Source: Candidatus Latescibacterota bacterium
GTDB taxonomy: Bacteria > Latescibacterota > UBA2968 > UBA8231
Direction of reading: 5' to 3'
Assembly (NCBI GenBank): GCA_965197905.1
Contig: CBDAOB010000005.1
Span: 416,001 to 480,000, forward strand
Length of the DNA: 64,000 bases
Notes under the pieces: model-generated
The model's input: the letters and a program-made list of their open reading frames with translations, nothing else
What the model was told of the DNA's origin: nothing
The model's database searches: none
Shown here: piece by piece, positions 39,078 through 49,066 of the stretch
How the letters are laid out: each line of letters opens with the position of its first letter
Position numbering within the stretch: the first letter of the stretch is position 1
Program-made: the position numbers and the translations under genes

Positions 39078-41243
39078 TTAGGAGAGCTGGGCGAGTACCA
39101 CCTCGTGCAATTCGACCTTGGGTACCACCACGATGGATCCCTTAACCTCCAGATCGAGACCTGAGAGGGGAAGGCGAGCCGACTCAACGTCAAATCCGTT
39201 GAAGCGCACCTCGACGTTGTAAATCGGATTCAGCTCCCTCAAATAGAGGTGGGTATTCATGCCCTCGTGCTTTTCGGTCATGTACATGGGCACGAGCGGT
39301 GTGGGGTCGTTCAGCAAATGCACCATCAGCTCCTTGGGGCCTCGCAGGGCGGCGGTCACCTCGATCGCCTCCGGGGCGGTCACCTCGACGGGGGCTTCGG
39401 CGCGTTGCACCAGCAGCGAAACAAAACGCTGAAGGAGCGGAAATGGGTTGTGCATGTATCCGTCTCCCACATCACTGTTGATGTATATCACCTGTCCTTC
39501 GCCGACCCGGTTCGTCGTAACGGCCGGCTCGCCGGAGTCGTATTCGGAGTTGGCGTCGAAATGACCCAAAGGAAGCTCGGTGCCGAGGTTGGAGCGGGTG
39601 CAGAGTACCTCGGTATGGGCATCCCCCCTGACCTTGACGGCGGACTCGCAGGCCGCAAAGCAGATGACGTGCTCGAAAGCGGATTTCAAGCCGGCATCGT
39701 GCGGTACATAGACGATGCCATGGGGGGTGTCGTCTCCAATCGGTCCGGAAAAATCCACGCCGAAGAGATCGGCCAGCGCAAAGTTGTCGCGCGGCTGACC
39801 GAATTCGTCCCGCAATGAGCTCTCGTGATTCGCGATCAAGGTGCCGCCTCCGCGGACATATTCGCGAATCTCGTCGCACTGGACGTCGGAGAGACAGCTG
39901 TTGGTCAACATGAAAACCGGATATTGTGCCAGATGCGCCAGGTTCAACTGTTGGTCCAGCACCATGTCCACCAGATGATGAGAACGATTCAGAATCTCAT
40001 AGGTGCCATTCACGTTCTTCTGGGAGATGTAGGAGTTCTCCGTCTGGGCCATGTTCTTCGGCAGCTCGGTCGGTCTGAAATCGCGGCTCTGCTGCGAATA
40101 GTGTAAACCTACGTACTTGACGGTTTCACCCTGCATGTATTCCACCCGCTTCTTCATCGCGGAAAAGACGGACTTCATCGCTTCCTTGTGCAGATGGATC
40201 GAGCCCCCGAAGCTTCCGAACACCGCCGCCCCACCGTTGATGATGCCCTGCAGGCCATGGATGGAAGGGGTATGGGGTTCCTGGTACGGCGCGTAGGCCG
40301 AGGTACACTCCGGCAGCTCCTGTACCGGATTTCGCCACACACAGAACGGAGATCCCATGGAGCGCGCGACCTTGGCGGTGAATCCGGTTTCCCGCACCGT
40401 TCGGTGAGTCTCGATGAAGTAATGTTCGCCGTCGTCGCCAAAATTCACCGGGTTCAGGTGATGGCCGTCGACCCAATCCGTGGTGGGACGGGCGTAATAG
40501 TGATAGTCAAGGATAATGTCCGGGTGTTCTTCTTTGACCCGCTTGAAAACGTGTCGGTTAAAGTCGAATAACTTTTCGTAGCGCCAGTTGACGAAATGGC
40601 GAAAGTCGGGGTTGTCAAAATCGACCTTGCGTGGAATCTTCAAGCCGGTGTCCTTGCGAAAGAGCTCTTCACAGTACTTGCATATGCAGCTCGGGTAAAA
40701 GGGCCGGCCCTCGTGCGATCCCCAGTTGGTGTCGTCGAAATAGAATCCGTCCAGATCCAGGTGATCCATGATGTCGATGAGGTAGTCTCCCAGCCAATCT
40801 CGGTGGGGGGAATTGAAGCAAGGCCACCCCTCGTTCTCCGGTGCTGGCCGGCCGAAGTCGATGAATTCCATCATCCATTCGGGATGCAGCTGGCGCAGCG
40901 GCTTGTTGTACATGATGGCGTAGTACGACAGCACCACGATACCCTTTTCGTGTGCTGCCTCGAGGAATTTCGGCAGGGAGTTCTTTTCATGGTCTGGGTG
41001 GGGCGGAAGCATCTTGGACGGAAACATCGGCGTGCCTCGATTGTGGGTCGACTGGCATATGTGCGCTTCCACCCCCGCCTCGTGAATCAGATCTACATAC
41101 TCCCGAATGATGTGGTCTGGCGTCCGGTCCTCGGGCGACCTTCCGGAGAAGGGCGGGTACTGCTCGACTCGGCAAACCCGTTTCTCGTAGGGCAGCTCCT
41201 TTAGCCGAGCTGCGATCGAACCCACTCGTTTCACTGTTGTCAT
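39078..41243 (-). CDS. GHL6/GH42-like glycoside hydrolase with trimerization domain; paralog of 15987-18221
   Basis: Motifs KRVGS.A.RLKELPY.KRVCR, HPEW, CFNSP, LDGFYFDD.NWG, CICKYC and LADLFGV. Confidence 0.75.
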   Translation of the reverse strand: MTTVKRVGSIAARLKELPYEKRVCRVEQYPPFSGRSPEDRTPDHIIREYVDLIHEAGVEAHICQSTHNRGTPMFPSKMLPPHPDHEKNSLPKFLEAAHEKGIVVLSYYAIMYNKPLRQLHPEWMMEFIDFGRPAPENEGWPCFNSPHRDWLGDYLIDIMDHLDLDGFYFDDTNWGSHEGRPFYPSCICKYCEELFRKDTGLKIPRKVDFDNPDFRHFVNWRYEKLFDFNRHVFKRVKEEHPDIILDYHYYARPTTDWVDGHHLNPVNFGDDGEHYFIETHRTVRETGFTAKVARSMGSPFCVWRNPVQELPECTSAYAPYQEPHTPSIHGLQGIINGGAAVFGSFGGSIHLHKEAMKSVFSAMKKRVEYMQGETVKYVGLHYSQQSRDFRPTELPKNMAQTENSYISQKNVNGTYEILNRSHHLVDMVLDQQLNLAHLAQYPVFMLTNSCLSDVQCDEIREYVRGGGTLIANHESSLRDEFGQPRDNFALADLFGVDFSGPIGDDTPHGIVYVPHDAGLKSAFEHVICFAACESAVKVRGDAHTEVLCTRSNLGTELPLGHFDANSEYDSGEPAVTTNRVGEGQVIYINSDVGDGYMHNPFPLLQRFVSLLVQRAEAPVEVTAPEAIEVTAALRGPKELMVHLLNDPTPLVPMYMTEKHEGMNTHLYLRELNPIYNVEVRFNGFDVESARLPLSGLDLEVKGSIVVVPKVELHEVVLAQLS

Positions 41244-41299
41244 TCTACGTGCCTTTCACGAATCGACTCGGCGCGAAATTTTCGCGACTGCGGCCGATT

Positions 41300-41653
41300 C
41301 TATTTGAGCTTGTCGGCTTGCCTGCTCATTTGGCTCGCCTGGTTCCTTAGTTGCGTGGCCTGCTGTCGCGCGGTTTCTGACTGTTCGCGGAGATTGGCTG
41401 CCTCCTTGCGCAGTTTGTCCGCTTCTCGTTGGATGGTATCCGCTTCCTTTTTCTTGTCGTCTGCCATTTTTTTCAGCTGAATCGACACCTTCTGCATCTG
41501 ATCCGCCTGGGACTTCAGTTGCTGCGCCTGCGCTCTGATCTGGTCGGCCACCGGATCATCCTTGCCGCCACCGCCCAGCATGTCGCAGGAGGCAAAAGAC
41601 AAGGCCGCAAAAAGCACTGCAAGCCAACATCCGGTCTTCCAAATTTTCGCCAT
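41300..41653 (-). CDS. Small coiled-coil lipoprotein
   Basis: Lipobox FASC, a GGGG linker, then A/L heptad repeats. RBS GGTGGAG. Confidence 0.8.
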   Translation of the reverse strand: MAKIWKTGCWLAVLFAALSFASCDMLGGGGKDDPVADQIRAQAQQLKSQADQMQKVSIQLKKMADDKKKEADTIQREADKLRKEAANLREQSETARQQATQLRNQASQMSRQADKLK

Positions 41654-41877
41654 CAGCCGGTCTCCACCTGCGTCCAGAAGTGTTGCATTAATCGCGGGGC
41701 TGCCGTGTGCAAATATCCACACCTCCTCAGCCCTGTCAAGCACTGTGTTTGTCCTCTATAAGTGTTTATAAAACAGTGATTTATAAAAACTTAACAGGAA
41801 GCCTTGACAACGCTCCGCAAATAGCGTTCTTTGGCGAATTCCAAAATTTGCAAAATTTGCATGCTGAAAGCAGAACC

Positions 41878-42459
41878 ATGGCAAACAAAGAGATCCTCAC
41901 GACCGGAGATATCGCGGCCCACTGCCACGTCTCCTACGAAACCGTCGCCAACTGGATTCGGGCGGGTAAATTAAACTCGTTCGCCACGCCCGGTCGGCAT
42001 CGGCGGATCAAAGTGGAGGATTTCAGGATTTTCCTGCGCCAGCACGACATGCCCCCTTACGGAGAAGGTGCTGCGGTCGCGACGAAGCTCCTGATCGTGG
42101 ATGACGAGCCCGATATCGTCCAGTTGATCTCGAACTACTTTGCCAAGCTGTCAGATTACGAGGTCGAGTCCGCTTCGAATGGATTCGAAGCCGGAATCCA
42201 CGTAGAAAGGTTCAAACCCGACCTGCTCATTCTCGATCTGCATATGCCGCAGGTTGATGGTTTCAACGTGTGCAAAATGATCAAATCCAACCCGGCTACC
42301 AGTCATATTGGCATTCTCGTTCTTACGGGGTACGCCGAAGGTGAAAACCTCAAGCGCGCTCTGGAGTGTGGCGCCGACGAGTGTATGTCGAAGCCGTTCA
42401 AGCTGGGCGACCTGAAGAAGCGAGTGGATGAGTTTGCCGGCCGGCAAGTTATCGCCTGA
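41878..42459 (+). CDS. Response regulator with N-terminal excisionase/MerR-like HTH and C-terminal receiver
   Basis: HTH motif LTTGDIA..C.VS..TV.NWI..GKL....TPG.HRRI. Receiver motifs IVDDE, ILDLHMP and SKPF. Confidence 0.9.
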   Translation: MANKEILTTGDIAAHCHVSYETVANWIRAGKLNSFATPGRHRRIKVEDFRIFLRQHDMPPYGEGAAVATKLLIVDDEPDIVQLISNYFAKLSDYEVESASNGFEAGIHVERFKPDLLILDLHMPQVDGFNVCKMIKSNPATSHIGILVLTGYAEGENLKRALECGADECMSKPFKLGDLKKRVDEFAGRQVIA

Positions 42460-42521
42460 GGCCAACTAGACGGTTCGGTGCTCTCTCGGCGAAACGAGAC
42501 GGCCCACCCCTGGAAGAGATT

Positions 42522-42980
42522 ATGAGATCAGAGATATCGGTTGTCGGCAAACGGCAGAAGGTGCTGCAGGACCTGGAGGGGATTTACCTGGTGATCGAAG
42601 AGATCACGTTTGAGCAGGAGGAACCCGGTTTGTTGGAATATCAGTTGCAGGAGGATCTCAAGCTGGCTATCCGCATCGCCGGCATCCCTGTACTGTCGGC
42701 GGAGGAGTGGATCGAAACGCCTGGGACGCCCTATCTGTATGTGAACGTTACCATCGCCAATGTCGCCCACGATCAGCTGGCCGCTTATTCGATAACCCTG
42801 GAGTTGCACCAGAATGTAGCCCTCTCGAGGGAACCATCTGTCACAACATCGTCATCAACATGGGATACAGGTCTTGTCAACATCTCTTCGACCGACGGGT
42901 TGGACGACGACATCCGCAGATCCCTCGCCGCCCTCGTCGAATTTTTCGTAGAAGATTTCTCCACAGCCAACCCTGGTTGA
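42522..42980 (+). CDS. Hypothetical protein
   Basis: 152-aa ORF with a purine-rich RBS and coding-like composition. Confidence 0.65.
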   Translation: MRSEISVVGKRQKVLQDLEGIYLVIEEITFEQEEPGLLEYQLQEDLKLAIRIAGIPVLSAEEWIETPGTPYLYVNVTIANVAHDQLAAYSITLELHQNVALSREPSVTTSSSTWDTGLVNISSTDGLDDDIRRSLAALVEFFVEDFSTANPG

Positions 42981-43138
42981 CGCTGGCCCCGCGCCGTTTG
43001 CCCTTGGGGGTTTTCGCACGAGACCCCACGCGCTCAAGAGGCCGCCGCAATCTCCGCTGTCAAGACGCGGGTCAAATTTTTGTCCACGCCCTCGGTTTTT
43101 ATATCTTACCCAAAAAGTCCCAGTCTGCGAGGTGTGCG

Positions 43139-44425
43139 ATGCCAACTGTTTTTCATCGAGGGAATGCCGGAACCGACGAGTTGCTAGCCGAAGTCTCGTA
43201 TTTGAGGAAGCGAGTAGCTGAGTTGGAGGCGGAGTCGCCGGGCATCGAAGAAGCCCTGCGCAAAAGTGAAGAGCGTTACAGGGCTGTGGCCGAAACCGCT
43301 TTCGCCGGTATCAGTATCACTGACGTCGACGAGAATATCATCTACGCGAACCCGGCGTTCGCCCACATGCTCGGCTACTCCGATGGCGAGCTTCTCGAGG
43401 TGAATCTCGCGAATCTAACTGGTCCCAATGAATTCTTCCGATTTCAGCAGCTCACCGAGCAACGCCAACGCGGGGTCTGCAATCATTACGAGACGCACCT
43501 GTATCGCAAGAACCGCAGCAGCATCTCTGCTTTGGTATCGGCGTCGCCGTTGACCGACCGCGACGGCAGCTTCGAAGGCACTCTGGCAGTGGTTCTCGAC
43601 ATATCGGAAGGAAAGCGTGTGCAGCTGGAACTGCAAAAAGCCAAAGAAGCGTACACCGAGCGGTTGGAAGACATGGTCAATGAGCGGACGCGTGAGCTCA
43701 AGGTTACCCAGGCCCAATTGATCCACTCTGAAAAAATGGCTTCACTGGGCAACCTGGCCGCGGGTGTCGCGCACGAAATCAACAATCCGACCGGAGTGTT
43801 GTTGATGAAGTTGAAGTTTCTACTGTCCATCGCCGACAGCGAGAGGCTCTCTCGAAAAACGGTGTCGAGCCTCGACGTGGCCGTCCAGCAGATCGATCGC
43901 ATTGCCCGCATCACCGAGAGCCTGCTCAGCTTTTCGCGGCAAGATCAGGGTACCCCCGTAGAGATCGATCTCAACAAAACCATTGAGACCGCGCTCATTC
44001 TCTCTGAACTGGCTCTTAGTTCGCAGAAGATCGAACTCTCGGTTTCCCTTGATCCGGACCTGCCGAAAGTGCTGGCCGACCCCACGGACCTGGAGCAGGT
44101 GGTGATCAACCTGCTGAGCAATGCGGTCGACGCGATGCCGGGTGGGGGACGGCTGGAGGTCTCCACGCTCTCGGATAGCAGCGCCGGCTCCCAAGTGGTC
44201 TTCACGGTCATCGACTCCGGTAACGGCATTCCGGAGGAGCACATGAGCCGTATCTTCGATCCCTTTTTTACCACCAAAGAGGTCGGAAAAGGCACCGGTC
44301 TTGGACTGTCGGTAAGCTTCGGAATAATCGAGAAACTCGGTGGACACATCGGAGTCGAAAGTAACAGTGGGGTGGGGACATCGTTTACGATTCTACTCCC
44401 AATTGATGAGGAAGCCGGATCATGA
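43139..44425 (+). CDS. PAS-domain sensor histidine kinase (NtrB-like)
   Basis: PAS domain (YANPAF..MLGY), GVAHEINNP, NLLSNA.DA and FDPFFTTK..GKGTGLGL. Confidence 0.92.
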   Translation: MPTVFHRGNAGTDELLAEVSYLRKRVAELEAESPGIEEALRKSEERYRAVAETAFAGISITDVDENIIYANPAFAHMLGYSDGELLEVNLANLTGPNEFFRFQQLTEQRQRGVCNHYETHLYRKNRSSISALVSASPLTDRDGSFEGTLAVVLDISEGKRVQLELQKAKEAYTERLEDMVNERTRELKVTQAQLIHSEKMASLGNLAAGVAHEINNPTGVLLMKLKFLLSIADSERLSRKTVSSLDVAVQQIDRIARITESLLSFSRQDQGTPVEIDLNKTIETALILSELALSSQKIELSVSLDPDLPKVLADPTDLEQVVINLLSNAVDAMPGGGRLEVSTLSDSSAGSQVVFTVIDSGNGIPEEHMSRIFDPFFTTKEVGKGTGLGLSVSFGIIEKLGGHIGVESNSGVGTSFTILLPIDEEAGS

Positions 44426-45834
44426 AGAAGGGCCGCGTTCTCGTAATCGACGATGATCCGGCGATGCTGGACGCGTGTGCCGAAACCCTGGTATACTACG
44501 GCTACGACGTCCTGCTCCGGGAAGATCCCCGGCTCGCGATCACCACGGTACAGCAAGATACCTTCGACCTGGTTCTACTAGATTTGAAGATGCCCGGCAT
44601 GAACGGTCTCGATCTTTTGCGCGAGATCCGGTCGGTGGACAGCAAGGTGTTGGCGGTCATGATCACCGCCTTTCCGACCATTGCCACCGCAGTAGAGGCT
44701 GTCAGGGAGGGGGCATTCGACTACCTGCCGAAACCCTTCACCCCCGAGCAGCTGCTGATAGTCGTCGATCGCGCGCGCGCTCAAAAGCGGCTGGCCGAAG
44801 AGAATTTCGTCCTACGGGAAGCCTTGCGTTTTCGCCCGGGATTCGAGGGGGTTGTGGGAAAAAGCCATGTCATGGAGCGTGTGATGGATCTCGTCGCCAA
44901 AGTTGCGGACAGCGACTCGAGCGTGGTCATCGAAGGAGAAACCGGAACAGGAAAGGAATTGATCGCCCGCAGCTTGCACCGCAACAGCCCGCGGCGCGAG
45001 CGGCCGTTTCTTCCCGTTACCTGCGGCACATTTCCAGAGCAGCTCCTGGAGAGCGAGTTGTTCGGTCACGAGCGTGGCGCGTTTACCGGGGCCTACACGC
45101 GCAAGCTGGGTCTGCTGGAATCGGCCCAAGGGGGCACGGTTTTTCTGGACGAAATTTCGACCCTGAGCCTCGAGCTGCAAGTAAAGTTGCTGCGAGTTCT
45201 GCAAGAGCGTCAGATCAGGCGTGTAGGCGGTTCCTCATATACGGACATCGACATCCGCGTGCTTTCGGCAACGAACGAGAAACTGGAAGAAGCCGTCAGC
45301 AACGGCCGTTTCCGCAAGGACCTTTATTACCGATTGAACGTCATTACCATATCGCTGCCTCCGCTGCGCGACCGTATACCGGACATACCTTTGCTTGTGC
45401 AGCACTTCTTGAAACAACTCAATTCGACGCACGACCGGCAGCTGAGCGGGTTTTCCAGGGAGGCCATCGAGACCTTGCAGATGCATGACTGGCCCGGAAA
45501 TGTTCGCGAGCTGCAGAATGTCGTCGAGCGCGCTTTTTTCTTGAGCGAAGAGGAATTTATTCAGCCCGCGGACTTTCCGGCTGAGATGCTCCATACCGAC
45601 CAAGAGCAACCAATGGTCGATACGCGTTTGCCGTACCTGCAGTCGAAACAGGCCTATCTGGTTCCCTTCGAAAAGGAGTACCTGACCGAGCTGCTGCGAG
45701 AGCACCGCGGTAATGTGTCGCGCGCATCGGTACGGGCGGGCATGCATCGGTCCACTTTCCAGCGGCTCATGCGCAAGCACGGGATTCAATCGCAGGACTA
45801 TCGCTCGATGGTTCGCGAGGGAAGCCTGAATTGA
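44422..45834 (+). CDS. Sigma54-dependent response regulator (NtrC/AtoC family)
   Basis: Receiver domain, GETGTGKE, ESELFGHERGAFTGA, FLDEI, WPGNVREL and a Fis-like HTH. Confidence 0.96.
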   Translation: MKKGRVLVIDDDPAMLDACAETLVYYGYDVLLREDPRLAITTVQQDTFDLVLLDLKMPGMNGLDLLREIRSVDSKVLAVMITAFPTIATAVEAVREGAFDYLPKPFTPEQLLIVVDRARAQKRLAEENFVLREALRFRPGFEGVVGKSHVMERVMDLVAKVADSDSSVVIEGETGTGKELIARSLHRNSPRRERPFLPVTCGTFPEQLLESELFGHERGAFTGAYTRKLGLLESAQGGTVFLDEISTLSLELQVKLLRVLQERQIRRVGGSSYTDIDIRVLSATNEKLEEAVSNGRFRKDLYYRLNVITISLPPLRDRIPDIPLLVQHFLKQLNSTHDRQLSGFSREAIETLQMHDWPGNVRELQNVVERAFFLSEEEFIQPADFPAEMLHTDQEQPMVDTRLPYLQSKQAYLVPFEKEYLTELLREHRGNVSRASVRAGMHRSTFQRLMRKHGIQSQDYRSMVREGSLN

Positions 45835-46649
45835 AACCCGGTCTGCTCCTTGTCCTGGTACTGTTGACACACGGTGCCGCACGGGCGACCAGCGTTGCGG
45901 GAAAGACCATTCGAACTTCTGCCGGAACCGAACACCTTGCGGTGTTCATTCCGAAAGGACCTTTTACCATGGGTCTCGATGACGGAGAAAAAGACGAAAG
46001 CCCGGCGCACGTCGTGCATCTGGACGGCTTCTATCTGGACAAACACGAAGTCACCAACGGTCAGTATCTGGCGTTTATCAATTCCCGTCCTGCACCGGGG
46101 CAGCCAGACAGCTTGCTGTTGGCGGTCGACGATAGCGATCTGCAGATTGCGTGGACCGGGAAACAGTACGAGCTCAAGTCCGTCACCGTGAGCCGGCGAC
46201 CGATCGTCGAGGTGACCTGGGAGGGAGCGCGTGCCTACTGCGATTGGTCGGGGGGGCGCCTTCCCAGCGAAGCCGAGTGGGAGAAGGGCGCTCGGGGCAC
46301 CGATGGGCGAAGCTACCCCTGGGGCGGGGGAATCAGCCGGGAGCGCGCGAACTACAAGGGACTATTCAGCCAACCGATAGAGGTGGGGCACTACTCAGGC
46401 GGGGTCTCTCCCTACGGAGTCTTCGACATGGCCGGCAATGTCTGGGAGTGGGTTTCGGATTGGTACGACAGCTCTTACTACGGCCGGAGTCCGGAGCGCA
46501 ACCCCAAGGGGCCTTCCAGCGGTACATTTCGAACGATTAAAGGGGGTGCCTGGGGGACGGAGGCGGCTTTTCTCCGTTCCTCGTATCGCTACGGCATCGT
46601 GCCCGACTGGAGCGACGATTCCATCGGTTTTCGCTGTGCCAGAGATTAG
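45831..46649 (+). CDS. FGE-sulfatase (SUMF1) domain secreted protein
   Basis: Signal peptide, RLPSEAEWEKGARG, FDMAGNVWEW, KGGAW and GFRCA. Confidence 0.9.
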   Translation: MKPGLLLVLVLLTHGAARATSVAGKTIRTSAGTEHLAVFIPKGPFTMGLDDGEKDESPAHVVHLDGFYLDKHEVTNGQYLAFINSRPAPGQPDSLLLAVDDSDLQIAWTGKQYELKSVTVSRRPIVEVTWEGARAYCDWSGGRLPSEAEWEKGARGTDGRSYPWGGGISRERANYKGLFSQPIEVGHYSGGVSPYGVFDMAGNVWEWVSDWYDSSYYGRSPERNPKGPSSGTFRTIKGGAWGTEAAFLRSSYRYGIVPDWSDDSIGFRCARD

Positions 46650-47803
46650 CTCTGTATGTGTGACCAGCGAACGGCATCACCGTCGAGGCTGAAAACCGCG
46701 TGAATAAGATCCTTCTTACCCATCACCTGCGTCGATTTTTCGCCTTTTGCGGATAGCAGTTCTGCCTCCAGTTGGGAGCCCGAGGATCCTACCTCGGCGC
46801 TGGCTGAATTCTCTTCGATTTCGATTTCCCCGCTCTGTTGACGTTTTACGGTCGGCAATAGGAATTTCAGCACGCTTCCGGGTTCGATCTCGCCGCCAAC
46901 GGAGATTTTCTGACCGCGGTGACTCAGCGTCTCCAAGATTTGATCCAGCTCCGAGCACGCGCTCTCAAGGGACGCTTGTGCGCGGTCCCGCTTGCCGACG
47001 ATGGCAAAGAGCTCCCTCAAACCTTTGAGGAGTTGCAGGAACACCTTCTCCCGGGACAGGTTATCGCTGACGTACTGACTGTTCGTCTTTACCAGAATTC
47101 CAACGATGCCTTTGGCGAAGAATTCGTTTAGCGCCAGTTCGAATTTCTGGTCCGACGATTCGCCGAGTGATTCGGCAAACGCCGTGAGGTCGACGGTCAC
47201 CCGATCGCTGTCGTGTTGCACGATGCGCGGAACGTTGAAGTCGAGAGGAGAGCGGGTCGTTTTGCACGCCCGCCCGACCCGCCGCTCCTGCTGCTTGATT
47301 TGGCGCTCCAAACTCTCTTGGTCTTCGCCCACATTGGAAATGGTTCTCTTCAACTCGTCCACGCGTTGGTTGAGTTCGCGAAAATCTCCTACAATGCAGA
47401 GCGATTCCAACAGGTTTTCGCCGAGCATGATGTCATTGGACGCAACCAGCTCAGAATGCCGGGATGTGCCGCGGACGCGAATATTTGCGGCATTGATCTG
47501 GGAATGTTCGACGGAGCCGTCGACGAAGGCATCACCAAGCATGGAAATGCGACAGCGGTTTCCATCGGTTCCCCGTACCGACCCTTCGACAATCAGCGAG
47601 CCGCTACCTTCAAGCGTGATACCGCCATGGATGTCGCAGCGAAAGATGGCATTGCGATCACCGCTGTCGATCTTGCTTTGGTCCGCCGGCAGGGTGTCGA
47701 TTTCCAGCAGGTTGCCGGCAGCCACGACGGACTTTTTCGCCTCTTCGATTTCTAGCGCATCGTTCATGTTGCTGGCGGGGCTCTTCGATGACGGAGCCGA
47801 CAA
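46646..47803 (-). CDS. FapA/DUF342-like protein (beta-solenoid plus coiled coil)
   Basis: Beta-helix-like segments (GSLIVEGSV, GDAFVDGSVE, I.AANI.VRG), a coiled coil and ISVGGEIEPG. Start may be 47767. Confidence 0.55.
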   Translation of the reverse strand: MSAPSSKSPASNMNDALEIEEAKKSVVAAGNLLEIDTLPADQSKIDSGDRNAIFRCDIHGGITLEGSGSLIVEGSVRGTDGNRCRISMLGDAFVDGSVEHSQINAANIRVRGTSRHSELVASNDIMLGENLLESLCIVGDFRELNQRVDELKRTISNVGEDQESLERQIKQQERRVGRACKTTRSPLDFNVPRIVQHDSDRVTVDLTAFAESLGESSDQKFELALNEFFAKGIVGILVKTNSQYVSDNLSREKVFLQLLKGLRELFAIVGKRDRAQASLESACSELDQILETLSHRGQKISVGGEIEPGSVLKFLLPTVKRQQSGEIEIEENSASAEVGSSGSQLEAELLSAKGEKSTQVMGKKDLIHAVFSLDGDAVRWSHIQS

Positions 47804-47821
47804 TCCGGCGTCGACTGCGGA

Positions 47822-48232
47822 TTAGCGTACGACCGTGGGAACCGATCCTAGTAATCGAATATTCTCAATGGTAGAGAGTATTTGCTCGGCCCCATCGAGG
47901 AGTTGATGAAAGGTCTCCAGACTGACCGGTTTGGGAATCAAGACGTCCACACAACCTGCCACCTCCTCAGAAACCTCGTCCGGGATAAAACCGGATACGA
48001 TGGCAATGATTGCATGCGGGCACATGTTGCGCAACATCGCGATGATCTCCAGTCCGCTCACTCCGGGCATGCGAATGTCCAGGGTAATCAGGTCGTAGCT
48101 GTTCTTGATGACGAACGCGAGCGCCTCTTCGCCGGAAGCCGCCGTATCGATGTCTCCATACCCGCGAACCTGGGCAAGATTCAGGAAGAAGTCCGTAACG
48201 CTCTTTTCATCATCGATAATGAGAATCTTCAT
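47822..48232 (-). CDS. Single-domain response regulator (receiver)
   Basis: Motifs MKILIIDDE, ITLDIRMPG.SG and PKPV. Confidence 0.9.
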   Translation of the reverse strand: MKILIIDDEKSVTDFFLNLAQVRGYGDIDTAASGEEALAFVIKNSYDLITLDIRMPGVSGLEIIAMLRNMCPHAIIAIVSGFIPDEVSEEVAGCVDVLIPKPVSLETFHQLLDGAEQILSTIENIRLLGSVPTVVR

Positions 48233-48327
48233 CGGTACCTCTCCCGTACTCCTTCGAAATGATGGTTGGATTACCGTTCGTGAAAGGGTATCCTCGGGCA
48301 AGGCTTCGTCAAGCAGCGCCAGCGCGA

Positions 48328-48934
48328 TCAATCAACTTGCTTCTCGGCAACAAGCCGGATAACCGCTTCCTTATCGGATGAAGCCCCATGGCAAGATTGC
48401 AGGATTAGATCCTCGTAGAAACGAAGACGCAAACTGGAGATGGGGGGCAGTATCTCCTCAGGTTTGGCAAGGTGCTCGGGATTTCGCGGACCTCCCGAGA
48501 ATGCCAGCTGATCTCGAGAAAAGGTCTGGAACATGAGGCGTCCTCCGGGGCGCAGCGAGCGGCAGATCGGCTCGAAAAGCCGGGGCTGGTAAAAGTAAAA
48601 CTTGGTAATCAGATCGTAGATACGATCGCCCGGCTCGTAGTCCGTTAAGTCGGCACGAATCGATGTTATGGACACCCCGCGAGCCTGCGCCAGTCGCGTA
48701 CAGAGGTGAAGTCCCTCGCCAGAGATGTCGATGGCATCAACCTCGAAGCCCCGTTCGGCCAGAAAAACCGCATTGCGCCCATTTCCGGCAGCCAGGCACA
48801 GGGCCCTGCCCCCGCATTGCGGAGTCGACTTGGGCTTTCAGAAACGGATTCGGCTCGATGTGGGGATCAAAAGCCTGCTCCCGGTAGCGTTGGTCCCACT
48901 TTTCTCGAGATCCCGCTCCTTGTTGTTCGCTCAT
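48328..48934 (-). pseudogene. Class I SAM-dependent methyltransferase (TehB-like), frameshifted
   Basis: N-terminal KWDQRY...EPNPFL. Removing one G from the G5 run (plus-strand C5 at 48809-13) joins it to GRALCLAAGNGRNAVFLAERG...DIS and LRPGG. Confidence 0.82.
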
Positions 48935-49066
48935 GGCGATTTCTCCGTGTTGCCCGTCGGTGGCGATGCCGTCCCTAAGAAGCGGATTCCGCCGCCGGAC
49001 AGGACTCTTGATTGGTCCAAGCCTATAAGGTATCATGAGATACAGTCGTCGCGAAAGGAGTGCACC

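Noticed and set aside
41878..42060. Prophage excisionase/mobile element
   Set aside because: The HTH is fused to a receiver domain, a common regulator architecture. No integrase or att sites seen.
31523..45488. Long antisense or alternate-frame ORFs (e.g. 31523-32515, 34141-35088, 36208-37134, 44475-45488)
   Set aside because: They overlap well-supported genes and lack motifs. They are expected shadows in high-GC coding DNA.
32825..46649. Diversity-generating retroelement targeting the two FGE/C-type-lectin-fold genes
   Set aside because: No reverse transcriptase and no near-identical template repeat differing at adenines is visible in the window. A remote DGR cannot be excluded.
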